48,230 bases of DNA from NCBI GenBank assembly GCA_017437265.1, contig JAFSBN010000169.1, forward strand, positions 1 to 48,230. The letters are read 5' to 3'. Source of the DNA: Clostridia bacterium (lineage in GTDB: Bacteria; Bacillota; Clostridia; Christensenellales; Aristaeellaceae). How positions within the stretch are numbered: the first letter of the stretch is position 1; every line of letters begins with the position of its first letter. Below are positions 16,178 to 24,880 of this stretch, piece by piece. The notes under the pieces were generated by a model. That model was given only the letters and a program-made list of their open reading frames with translations, was not told the DNA's origin and did not search any database. The translations under genes and the position numbers were made by a program.

Positions 16178-16801
16178 TTAAAATTCCGTGGTGCCGGGTG
16201 CATAGTCGGCATTGACGCGGAGATTGAATGTCAGCGGGAGCTGTTTGTTGGCATATTCGTTGGTGGCGCTTTCGCTCATATGAAGGCCAACGGCGAAATA
16301 AACGGTTTCGCCTGCATTGAGAACGGTCAGGGGGTAGGCGGGCAGTTCACCCTGAATCATGTTGTTTTCCTGCTGGAGGATTTTGAAATCTGTAGAATTT
16401 TTGAAGCCGTTCCAATCCTGGGGATGGTTTGCATCATTGCGCTGCAGGTTTTTCAGTACGGCGTAGGTGAACACATCGTTCAGTTCGCTTTCGCCTGCTA
16501 CCATTGTCAGGCCGCATTCCACAGGAAACTTTTCGCCATTTGTGAGCTTCAGGTAGAGAACTTCGGTACGACCGGGACACCAGGCAAAGGTTTCGTCAAA
16601 AACCTTGTCCAGTTCTTTATAGCCCTGAGGTTCATTCCAGTAATCGTAATATTCCAGGGTTACATTGAAAGCGTTTTCGGATGCTTCTTCATCGCCTTCT
16701 TTATTGACCCCGGTGGCGAAAGTTCCGCTCAGGGCAGTGACGCCCACGGCCAGCACAACCAGGGCAATGAGCAGGAATAACTTTTTACTTTTTTTCGTCA
16801 T
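16178..16801 (-). CDS. Short TasA-fold paralogue (207 aa) lacking the A-[YW]-F-T-D motif
   Basis: MTKKSKKLFLLIALVVLAVGVTALSGTFATGVNKEG, AWCPGRTEV, and SATNEYANKQLPLTFNLRVNADY parallel the other three genes. GGGAG lies upstream of ATG 16801. First gene of a two-gene operon. Confidence 0.72.
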   Translation of the reverse strand: MTKKSKKLFLLIALVVLAVGVTALSGTFATGVNKEGDEEASENAFNVTLEYYDYWNEPQGYKELDKVFDETFAWCPGRTEVLYLKLTNGEKFPVECGLTMVAGESELNDVFTYAVLKNLQRNDANHPQDWNGFKNSTDFKILQQENNMIQGELPAYPLTVLNAGETVYFAVGLHMSESATNEYANKQLPLTFNLRVNADYAPGTTEF

Positions 16802-16876
16802 GGCAGATGCATCTCCCATCTATGGTTCATGGCCCGAAAAGGCATAAATACACCATATTTACAGTATTACTCATGT

Positions 16877-16905
16877 ATTATATCACTACATATAGTAAAT
16901 TGCAA
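16877..16905 (-). promoter_or_regulatory. Near-consensus sigma-A promoter for the 16801..15107 operon
   Basis: On the minus strand: TTGCAA (16905-16900), 17-nt spacer, TATAAT (16882-16877). Confidence 0.55.
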
Positions 16906-16994
16906 TCGGAAATATACCATATTTTAGAAAAAATATTACATGAATGATTACATAATGAGAAAAAGTCGATTTTGACAATTCAACATGCTCTCTC

Positions 16995-17023
16995 TTGTCA
17001 AGCGGAAGGGTTTGTGATAAAAT
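16995..17023 (+). promoter_or_regulatory. Candidate sigma-A promoter for plsX
   Basis: TTGTCA (16995-17000), 17-nt spacer, TAAAAT (17018-17023). Confidence 0.4.
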
Positions 17024-17071
17024 AACTTGTTCCCTTATACACAAAAGGAAACGTAGGAGTGGAAAAGAAAG

Positions 17072-18088
17072 ATGACGCACATTTATCTGGATGCCATGGG
17101 CGGAGACAATGCGCCGCAGTGTACCGTGGAAGGTGCCATGGAAGCGCTGCGGCTGAATAAGGAACTGAAAATCACGCTGGCAGGGCCTGCGGCGGAAATT
17201 GAACCGCTTTTGAAGGAATGCGACGATATCCGGGACCGCATCCTGCTGGATGATGCAACGGAAATCATCACCAACCACGACGCTCCGGTGATGGCCGTTC
17301 GGCAGAAGAAAAATTCTGCCCAGGTGAAGGGGATGCTGGCGGTGAAGAACGGCGAAGTGGACGGCTTTGTGTCTGCCGGGTCCACCGGGGCCACCCTGGC
17401 TGCAGGTATGTTCCGGCTGGGGCGTATTGAAGGGGTGGAGCGGCCTGCGCTGGCGCCGCTGCTGCCCAACGGCAAAGACTTTTTCTGCCTGATCGACTGC
17501 GGCGCCAATGTGGACTGTCTGCCCCATTATCTGCCCCAGTTCGGTATCATGGGCAGTGCCTACATGAAGTGCGTGCGTGGTCTTGAAAATCCCCGGGTGG
17601 GCCTTGTGAACAACGGCGCCGAAGCGGAAAAGGGCAATGAAATGACCAAGGCTGCCTATCCGCTGATGGAAAAAGCACCTTTCAATTTTGTGGGCAATGT
17701 GGAAGGCCGGGATATTACGGCGGACGTGGCCGACGTGGTGGTGGCAGACGGCTTTTCCGGCAACCTGATCCTGAAATTCATGGAAGGGGTGGCCGGGACG
17801 CTGATGGGCATCATCAAGAATGAAATGTATGCAGACCTCAGGGGCAAGATCGGCGGCCTGATTGCCAAGCCTGCCTTCCGCCGGGTGAAAAAGATGATGG
17901 ACTATACCGAAGTGGGCGGCGCACCGCTGCTGGGCGTCAAGGGCGTGGTGGTAAAAGCCCACGGTTCCTGCAATGCCCATGCCATTGCCTGCGCCATCCG
18001 CCAGGCGGTCATTATGAAGGAAAACCATGTGGTGGAAACCATCACATCGGAAATTGAAAAGCAAATCAAAGCAAATGAAAATGCTTGA
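17072..18088 (+). CDS. plsX: Phosphate acyltransferase PlsX
   Basis: N-terminus LDAMGGDNAP, 338 aa, followed by acpP. Confidence 0.95.
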   Translation: MTHIYLDAMGGDNAPQCTVEGAMEALRLNKELKITLAGPAAEIEPLLKECDDIRDRILLDDATEIITNHDAPVMAVRQKKNSAQVKGMLAVKNGEVDGFVSAGSTGATLAAGMFRLGRIEGVERPALAPLLPNGKDFFCLIDCGANVDCLPHYLPQFGIMGSAYMKCVRGLENPRVGLVNNGAEAEKGNEMTKAAYPLMEKAPFNFVGNVEGRDITADVADVVVADGFSGNLILKFMEGVAGTLMGIIKNEMYADLRGKIGGLIAKPAFRRVKKMMDYTEVGGAPLLGVKGVVVKAHGSCNAHAIACAIRQAVIMKENHVVETITSEIEKQIKANENA

Positions 18089-18108
18089 AAAGCAAGGAGG
18101 AAACAACC

Positions 18109-18336
18109 ATGGTATTTGAAAAAGTGGCCGGTATGATTGCAAAGCAGCTGCGTCTGGACGTGAGCGAAGTGACCGCCGACAAGCGGCTGGTGGAAGACCT
18201 GAAGGCCGACAGCGCCAACGTGATGGTGCTGATCATGGACCTGGAAGACGCTTTTGACATGATGGTGGACGATACCGCTATCAACACCCTCAAAACTGTC
18301 GGAGACGTGGTCAAGTACATCGAAGATCATCAATAA
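18109..18336 (+). CDS. acpP: Acyl carrier protein
   Basis: 75 aa from ATG 18109 (AAGGAGG upstream). DLKADS phosphopantetheine-site region. Confidence 0.88.
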   Translation: MVFEKVAGMIAKQLRLDVSEVTADKRLVEDLKADSANVMVLIMDLEDAFDMMVDDTAINTLKTVGDVVKYIEDHQ

Positions 18337-18344
18337 TGGATTTT

Positions 18345-18388
18345 CATCAGCTTCGGGGCCGGATGTGTTTCCGGCTCCGGAGCTGATG
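18345..18388 (+). promoter_or_regulatory. 18-bp stem-loop in the acpP-rnc spacer (candidate RNase III processing or autoregulatory site)
   Basis: CATCAGCTTCGGGGCCGG / CCGGCTCCGGAGCTGATG pair over 18 positions (two G-U pairs) with an 8-nt loop. No U tract follows. Confidence 0.4.
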
Positions 18389-18404
18389 CTATGAGGAAAA
18401 GGCA

Positions 18405-19073
18405 ATGACGGATCTTTCCAAACTGGAAAAAACGCTGGGATACCGTTTCCAAAACCGGCAATACCTGATCACCGCCCTCACCCATCCTTCCATGGGAGGC
18501 GAGCATAACCAGCGCATGGAATTCCTGGGGGATGCGGTGCTGGAAATGTGCGTGAGCGAAAAGATATACGAAATGCACCCCGAAATGAAGGAAGGGGCCA
18601 TGACAAGGCTGCGGCAGAAGCTGGTGCGTGAAGGCAGGCTGGCAGAAGTGGCCAAAGGCATGCAGCTTGGTGAATACCTTCTGATGGACCGGGGCTGTGC
18701 GGCCGGCGGCGGCAGGGAAAACCCTTCCGTGCTCTGCGATGCGTTTGAAGCGGTGCTGGCGGCGGTATATCTGGACGGCGGCATGGAAAAGGCCCGGCAG
18801 ATGGTGATGCGCTTTATCGGCGATTGCACCGAAAAAGATGAAATGGACGCAAAATCTGCTTTGCAGGAATATCTGCAGGGCCGGAAAAAGCCCCTGCCCG
18901 ATTATCTGGTGATCGGGGAGGAGGGGTTGCCCCACGAAAGGGTATTCACGGTGTCGGTGCAGCTGGAGGGCAGGGAAATCGCTTCCGGCAGCGGCACCAG
19001 CAAAAAGCGGGCGGAACAGAATGCGGCCATGGCGGCATTGCAAAAGATCAAAGGCTTGGGGGAAAAAGCATAA
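18405..19073 (+). CDS. rnc: Ribonuclease III
   Basis: MEFLGDAVLE signature and a C-terminal dsRBD (SGTSKKRAEQNAA). Confidence 0.95.
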   Translation: MTDLSKLEKTLGYRFQNRQYLITALTHPSMGGEHNQRMEFLGDAVLEMCVSEKIYEMHPEMKEGAMTRLRQKLVREGRLAEVAKGMQLGEYLLMDRGCAAGGGRENPSVLCDAFEAVLAAVYLDGGMEKARQMVMRFIGDCTEKDEMDAKSALQEYLQGRKKPLPDYLVIGEEGLPHERVFTVSVQLEGREIASGSGTSKKRAEQNAAMAALQKIKGLGEKA

Positions 19074-22000
19074 ATGCGGCTGAAAAAGCTGGAAATACAC
19101 GGGTTTAAGTCCTTTGCGGACAGGACGGAGATCGTCTTCCATGAGGGCATCACCGGCATCGTGGGGCCCAACGGCTCCGGTAAGAGCAACATCGGCGACG
19201 CCATGCGCTGGGTGCTGGGGGAACAGAGTGCCAGGGTGCTGCGCGGCACCAAGATGGAAGATATCATTTTCAACGGTACGGCAAAAAGAAAGCAAGCCTC
19301 CTTCTGTGAGGTTTCTTTGGTGTTCGATAATGAGGACGGGGCGCTGAAAAGCAATTTTGCTGAGGTAATGGTCACACGGCGGGTGTACCGCAACGGCGAC
19401 AGTGAATATTACCTGAACAAAACCGCATGCCGCCTGCGTGATATTCTGGAATTGTTCCGGGATACCGGTATCGGCCGGGAAGGCTATTCCCTGATCGGTC
19501 AGGGCCGCATTGACGAAATTTTGTCCGTAAAAAGCGAAGACCGCCGGCAGGTGTTTGAAGAGGCTGCCGGTGTGATGACCTTCCGTGTGCGCAAGGAAGA
19601 AGCAGAACGCAAACTGGCCAGAACCCGTGAGAACCTTTCCCGTGTGAACGATATTCTGGCCGAGCTGGAAGCCCGTGTGGGTCCCCTGGAAAGCCAGGCG
19701 GAAACGGCCCGGGAATATATTGAACTGGCCCAGCGGCTGAAGGAACTGGAAATCAATATTTTCCTGATCCGCCATGATAAAGTGAAAGAAAAAATTGCTG
19801 CCCTGGACCAGACGCTGGAAGGCCTCCGGGATATCCTTTTGCACCATGAAGCCCGGCTGAACGAAAGTGCTCAGGAGCGTGAGAAGCTGGCAGAGGCGAT
19901 TGCGCTGGTGGAAGAAGAACTGTCTTCCGCCCGGCAGGAGCATCTTGCCTGCAGCGACAGCCTGATGGAAGCCAGAGTGGAAAAGGAAAGAACGGACAGC
20001 CAGATCACTTCTCTTTCCGAAAACCTGGACAGGCTGCGCACCGAACAGGAAAATACCCGCACAAGGCGGGAAAATCTGCTGCGCCTTTTTGAACAGGGAG
20101 AAGCCGATACCCGGGAAAACGACCTGGCCCTGTCTCAGGCCCAGCAGGAAATGGAAAAGGAACAAAAGAAGCTGGATGCTTATCTGGAAAAGGCACAGGA
20201 AAGGGAAGACGAGCTGGACGAGCATAAGCAGAACATCCTGCTGGCGGTGAACCGCTTGTCCGATGCCCGGAACCAGCAGGCCCGGCAGCAGGCCATCTGC
20301 GCCCAGATGAAAAAGCGGCTGGATGAAATTGTATCTGCCATTTCCGAAAATGAAGAAAAGCAGAACGAGGCGGTGGCCCAGCTGCGTGCGGCCGAAAAGC
20401 AGGCGGCTCAGGTGGAAGAAGGGCTGCAGGCGCTGAAAGACGACGCCGCAAAATGCGAAGGGCAATTGCGTGCCCTCACCCTGGAAACCCAGGAAAAGGC
20501 CGAAAAGGCACAGAACCTGAACCTGCAGTACCAGCAAAATATCAGCCGGCTGAAGCTGATGGACGAAATGAGCCGGGAAATGGAAGGCTACAATCAGGCC
20601 GTGCGCAGGGCATTGCAATATGCCCAGGGCGACAAGAGCGTCCGGGGCGTGGTGGCCCGGCTGATGCAGGTGCCCCGGGAATTGGAAACCGCCATTGACA
20701 TGGTGCTGGGTGGCGCATTGCAGAATATCGTGACAGAAGACGAAAATGCCGCCAAGCGCATGATTGATTATCTGCGTAATAATAGACTGGGCCGGGCTAC
20801 GTTCCTGCCCATGACCAGCGTGAAGGGCCGGGTATTGAACAACGAAGAGCGGAAACTGCTTTCCGTGCCCGGCTGCATCGGTGTTGCCAGCGAATTGATT
20901 TCCTTTGCTCCCGAATACCGGGGTGTGATGGAAAACCTGCTGGGCCGCACTGTGATTGCCAAAGATCTGGACAGCGGTATCCCCATCATGCGGGCAGGCC
21001 GGCATGCTTTCCGGCTGGTGACGCTTTCCGGCGACGTGATGCACTCCGGCGGCTCCATGACCGGCGGTACGGCGCAAAAGAGCGCTGTGAGTTTGCTGGG
21101 CCGGGAACGTGAAATGACCGACCTGAAAAAAACGCTGGAAGACCAGAAAAAAACGCTGGTGTCCCTCCGGGATGAATTGACAAAAATGCAGGCGGAAAGG
21201 GAAGAACTCAAACGCCTGCGCAATGAAGCCATGGAACGGGTGCATCAGGAAGAAATCGGCGTGGCAAGGGAACAGGAGCGTGTGTTCAACGCCAAGGCGG
21301 AACTGAATGCGGCCTCTCAAGCACTGGAACGCACCCTGGCTGCCCGGGATCAATTGACTGAGGGCATTGCCGAAATTGAACGGGATCTGCAAAATGTGCT
21401 GGCCCAGACGGAAAACGAGGCTGTGGACCGGGAAGCCATGGATCAGAAAACAGAAGTGCTGCAAAAGGCGCTGGTGCAGGCCCGTGAAGAAGCGGAAAGG
21501 CAGCGTGAGCTGGTATCTGCTCTGCGGCTCAAATTTGCCGAGCTTTCCCACGCGCTGGATACCCTGCGCCGGGACAAGGCACGGCAGGATCAGGAACTGT
21601 CTTCCATGGCCCTTTCTCTGGAAAAGCTGGGCCTGGAAATTCAGGAAAAGGAAACGCTGCTTGCTGATCTGACGGAAAAGGCAAGAAATCAGGAAACGGC
21701 CTGCCGGGATCTGGAAAGCGCCCTTGCCCTGCGCCAGCAGCAGGTGGACCTGCTGGAGGGCCAGCGTCAGGAGAAAGTTTCTCAGGAACGTGCGCTGGTG
21801 AACCTGTCAGAAGAATTGCATAAAACCTACGACGAAGACAGCCAGAAGCTGCATAAGGCGGAGCTTTCCCGGGATCGTGCGGAAAATGACCTGCGGGTGA
21901 TGACGGACCATATCTTCAACAGCTATGAGCTGACCTACGCCATGGCGGAAGAACTCAGGAGCCAGGAGCCCTTTGAATTGACCCATGGGGAGCGGGAAGC

Positions 22001-22631
22001 TGCATCCCTGCGGGGCCGTATCCGGGCCATGGGCACGGTGAACGTGAACGCCATTGAAGAATACGCAGAAGTGAAGGCCCGCTTTGACGAAATGACCACC
22101 CAGCAGCAGGATCTGGATAAAGCCCAGCAGGATCTGCAGCAATTGATCGAGCGGCTTTTGAATCAGATGGAAAAGCAGTTTGTGGTGGAATTTGCCAAGA
22201 TGGGCGAATATTTCAAGGAAACCTTTGCCCGCTTGTTTGGCGGCGGCCAGGCGGAACTGAAATTGATCGACCCCGACGATGCCCTCAACTGCGGCATCGA
22301 AATTGTGGCACAGCCTCCGGGAAAGAAGCTGCAGCTGCTCAGCCTTTTGTCCGGTGGCGAAAGGGCATTGACGGCCATTGCCATCATTTTTGCCATGCTG
22401 AAGCTCAAACCCACGCCCTTCTGCGTGCTGGACGAAGTGGAAGCGGCTTTGGACGAAGCAAATATCGGCTATTTTGCCGATTATCTGGCGGAATATGCCA
22501 AAACCACCCAGTTCGTGGTGGTTACCCACCGCAAGGGTACCATGGAACGGTGCGATTCCCTGTACGGCGTGGCCATGCAGGAAAGGGGTATTTCCGGGAT
22601 GGTATCGGTGAATTTGCAGGATTACGAATAA
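19074..22631 (+). CDS. smc: Chromosome partition protein Smc
   Basis: 1,185 aa. Walker A GPNGSGKSN, long coiled coils, hinge, LSGGE signature, Walker B LDEVEAALD. Confidence 0.97.
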   Translation: MRLKKLEIHGFKSFADRTEIVFHEGITGIVGPNGSGKSNIGDAMRWVLGEQSARVLRGTKMEDIIFNGTAKRKQASFCEVSLVFDNEDGALKSNFAEVMVTRRVYRNGDSEYYLNKTACRLRDILELFRDTGIGREGYSLIGQGRIDEILSVKSEDRRQVFEEAAGVMTFRVRKEEAERKLARTRENLSRVNDILAELEARVGPLESQAETAREYIELAQRLKELEINIFLIRHDKVKEKIAALDQTLEGLRDILLHHEARLNESAQEREKLAEAIALVEEELSSARQEHLACSDSLMEARVEKERTDSQITSLSENLDRLRTEQENTRTRRENLLRLFEQGEADTRENDLALSQAQQEMEKEQKKLDAYLEKAQEREDELDEHKQNILLAVNRLSDARNQQARQQAICAQMKKRLDEIVSAISENEEKQNEAVAQLRAAEKQAAQVEEGLQALKDDAAKCEGQLRALTLETQEKAEKAQNLNLQYQQNISRLKLMDEMSREMEGYNQAVRRALQYAQGDKSVRGVVARLMQVPRELETAIDMVLGGALQNIVTEDENAAKRMIDYLRNNRLGRATFLPMTSVKGRVLNNEERKLLSVPGCIGVASELISFAPEYRGVMENLLGRTVIAKDLDSGIPIMRAGRHAFRLVTLSGDVMHSGGSMTGGTAQKSAVSLLGREREMTDLKKTLEDQKKTLVSLRDELTKMQAEREELKRLRNEAMERVHQEEIGVAREQERVFNAKAELNAASQALERTLAARDQLTEGIAEIERDLQNVLAQTENEAVDREAMDQKTEVLQKALVQAREEAERQRELVSALRLKFAELSHALDTLRRDKARQDQELSSMALSLEKLGLEIQEKETLLADLTEKARNQETACRDLESALALRQQQVDLLEGQRQEKVSQERALVNLSEELHKTYDEDSQKLHKAELSRDRAENDLRVMTDHIFNSYELTYAMAEELRSQEPFELTHGEREAASLRGRIRAMGTVNVNAIEEYAEVKARFDEMTTQQQDLDKAQQDLQQLIERLLNQMEKQFVVEFAKMGEYFKETFARLFGGGQAELKLIDPDDALNCGIEIVAQPPGKKLQLLSLLSGGERALTAIAIIFAMLKLKPTPFCVLDEVEAALDEANIGYFADYLAEYAKTTQFVVVTHRKGTMERCDSLYGVAMQERGISGMVSVNLQDYE

Positions 22632-22651
22632 TGTGAAGGAGGCTTCGGGTT

Positions 22652-23548
22652 ATGGGATTTTTTCAGAGGCTGAAGCAGGGCCTGACCAAAACAAGGGGCG
22701 GGCTGACCAATAAAGTGGACGAGCTGGTGAAAAACACCCGCGAGATTGACGAGGATTTTTATGAAGAGCTGACGGATATTCTGATCCTGGCTGACGTGGG
22801 CGTTGCTGCCACCACGGAAATCATTGAAAAACTGCAGCAGGAAGTGGAAAAGCTGGGCGTGAAGGACGCCGATGCCGCCAAGGAGATTTTCAAGCAGATT
22901 CTGGTGGACGAAATGAACATCCCCCGGCCGCCGCTGAAGTGGCCCATGGTGATGTTTGTGGTGGGGGTCAACGGCGTTGGCAAAACCACCACCATCGGCA
23001 AAATGGCCCTGCGTTTTCAGGAAATTGGCCGAAGCGTGATGCTGGCCGCTGCCGATACCTTCCGTGCCGCTGCCGATGAGCAGCTGGCCGTTTGGGCAGA
23101 ACGTGCCAATGTGCCGATCATCCGCCATCAGGAGGGGGGAGACCCTGCTGCTGTGGTGTTTGACGCCGTACAGGCAGCCAAGGCCAGAAAAACGGACCTG
23201 CTCATCGTGGACACCGCCGGCCGGCTGCATAACAAGAAAAATCTGATGGACGAGCTGTCCAAAATGCGCCGCATCATTGACCGGGAATACCCCGAAGCCA
23301 ATGTGCGCTGCATGCTGATTCTGGACGCCACCACCGGCCAGAACGGTATTCAGCAAGCCAAGCAGTTCAAGGAAGCGGCGGATATCGGCGGCAGTGTGAT
23401 CACCAAGCTGGACGGCACCGCCAAGGGCGGTGTGGCCATTGCTATCCGAAAGGAACTGAATGTTCCTGTGTGGTACATCGGCGTGGGTGAAGGGATTGAC
23501 GATCTGCAGGCCTTTGACGCCAAGGAATTTGTGGAAGCCCTGTTCTGA
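22652..23548 (+). CDS. ftsY: Signal recognition particle receptor FtsY (short form)
   Basis: GVNGVGKTTT, DTAGR and TKLDGTAKGG motifs. Confidence 0.95.
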   Translation: MGFFQRLKQGLTKTRGGLTNKVDELVKNTREIDEDFYEELTDILILADVGVAATTEIIEKLQQEVEKLGVKDADAAKEIFKQILVDEMNIPRPPLKWPMVMFVVGVNGVGKTTTIGKMALRFQEIGRSVMLAAADTFRAAADEQLAVWAERANVPIIRHQEGGDPAAVVFDAVQAAKARKTDLLIVDTAGRLHNKKNLMDELSKMRRIIDREYPEANVRCMLILDATTGQNGIQQAKQFKEAADIGGSVITKLDGTAKGGVAIAIRKELNVPVWYIGVGEGIDDLQAFDAKEFVEALF

Positions 23549-23574
23549 TAAAACATAAAGGAAGAGCAAAAAGC

Positions 23575-24024
23575 ATGCGCTGGTTTTCCAAGAAACCCAT
23601 GTTTACCGACGGTGAAGTGGACCTGGTGCTTTCCAATGAAGATGTATCGGATGCCATATGCGGCATTGTGGATGGGTTCACTTTCTATATGTACAAGGCA
23701 AAAACCCGGCATTATATGGGCTATGTGAGCCTGCGCCTTGGCGAGAGCCCCGCTCTTTATTACCTGGGCCATATCGGTTATCGGGTGGAGCCTGAGTACA
23801 GGGGAAGGCATCTGGCGGAAAGAAGCTGCCGGATGATGCTGCCCTTGATCCGCAGGCTGGGCATTCGTTCCCTTGTGATTACCACCAATGTGGAAAATGC
23901 GCCTTCCCGAAAAACGGCGGAAAGGCTGGGATGCCAGCTGGAAAGCATTGTGCCGGTGCCCCAGGAATACCGGGCTATTTGTGCCGGGGCAACCCATAAA
24001 TGCCGCTATATCTGGCGGGTGTGA
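23575..24024 (+). CDS. GNAT family N-acetyltransferase
   Basis: YRGRHLAERS (motif A-like) and NAPSRKTAERLGC. Confidence 0.72.
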   Translation: MRWFSKKPMFTDGEVDLVLSNEDVSDAICGIVDGFTFYMYKAKTRHYMGYVSLRLGESPALYYLGHIGYRVEPEYRGRHLAERSCRMMLPLIRRLGIRSLVITTNVENAPSRKTAERLGCQLESIVPVPQEYRAICAGATHKCRYIWRV

Positions 24025-24097
24025 AAAAGCGCATGCTGGAAAAGAAAAGACATATACTAACAATGGCTGAACAGGCCATGAAGGGAGGCCGGAAAAG

Positions 24098-24865
24098 ATG
24101 ATGCTCACCGCAAACGGCGCACAGGTGTACTGTGAGCAGACGGGAGAAGGAAAGGACGTTTTGCTGCTCCATGGCTGGGGCTGCACCACGGAGCATTTCC
24201 GGCCCATTATCAGCGATATGCAGGAAAGCTACCGCCTGACGGTGATCGATTTTCCCGGCCACGGCAAAAGCGGCAGGCCGCCCGAACCCTGGGGCGTGGG
24301 CGATTATGCAAAATGCGTAAAAGACGTGCTGCAGCAGCTGAAGATCGAAAAATGCTCCCTGATTGCCCATTCGTTTGGCGGGCGGGTGAGCCTGCATCTG
24401 GCAGCCCATCACCCGGAAATGATTGATAAAATGGTGCTCACCGGCTGTGCCGGCCTGAAAAAGCCCCAGACGGAAGAACAGAAAAAAAGAAGCGAAGCTT
24501 TTCAGAAGAAAAAGAAGCAGCTGCAGAATTTGCAAAAGCTGCCGCTGGTGGGAAAAATGGCGGAAAAGGCCATGGAAAAGCTGCGCAGGCAGTATGGCTC
24601 GGCCGATTATAATGCGCTGGACGAAGAAATGCGCAAAACCTTTGTGAAGGTGATCGGCGAAGATCTGTCCCCGCTTTTATCAAAAATTCAGGCATCCACG
24701 CTGCTTGTGTGGGGGGAAAAGGATCAGGACACCCCCCTTTGGATGGGACAGAAGATGGAACAGGAAATCAAGGATGCCGGGCTGGTGGTGTTTGAAAATG
24801 ACGACCATTTTGCCTATCTGCGTCAGTGGCCCCGGTTTGTAAAAATCGTAAGGACGTTTTTGTAA
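24098..24865 (+). CDS. Alpha/beta hydrolase
   Basis: LLHGWG, nucleophile elbow AHSFGG, and a C-terminal DHF histidine region. Confidence 0.8.
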   Translation: MMLTANGAQVYCEQTGEGKDVLLLHGWGCTTEHFRPIISDMQESYRLTVIDFPGHGKSGRPPEPWGVGDYAKCVKDVLQQLKIEKCSLIAHSFGGRVSLHLAAHHPEMIDKMVLTGCAGLKKPQTEEQKKRSEAFQKKKKQLQNLQKLPLVGKMAEKAMEKLRRQYGSADYNALDEEMRKTFVKVIGEDLSPLLSKIQASTLLVWGEKDQDTPLWMGQKMEQEIKDAGLVVFENDDHFAYLRQWPRFVKIVRTFL

Positions 24866-24880
24866 GAAAGGAAGGCCGTT

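Noticed and set aside
18330-21551. A 1,073-aa minus-strand ORF opposite rnc/smc, and similar shadows at 24680..26527 minus, 29272..30936 plus, 31816..33186 plus, 37155..38630 minus, 42194..43672 minus, 43826..45247 minus and 45302..46645 minus.
   Set aside because: Same reasoning. The opposite strand encodes unmistakable Smc, MurF-like, MetQ/I, GalM, GT4, GldG-like and BMP proteins, and the shadow translations have no recognisable motifs.
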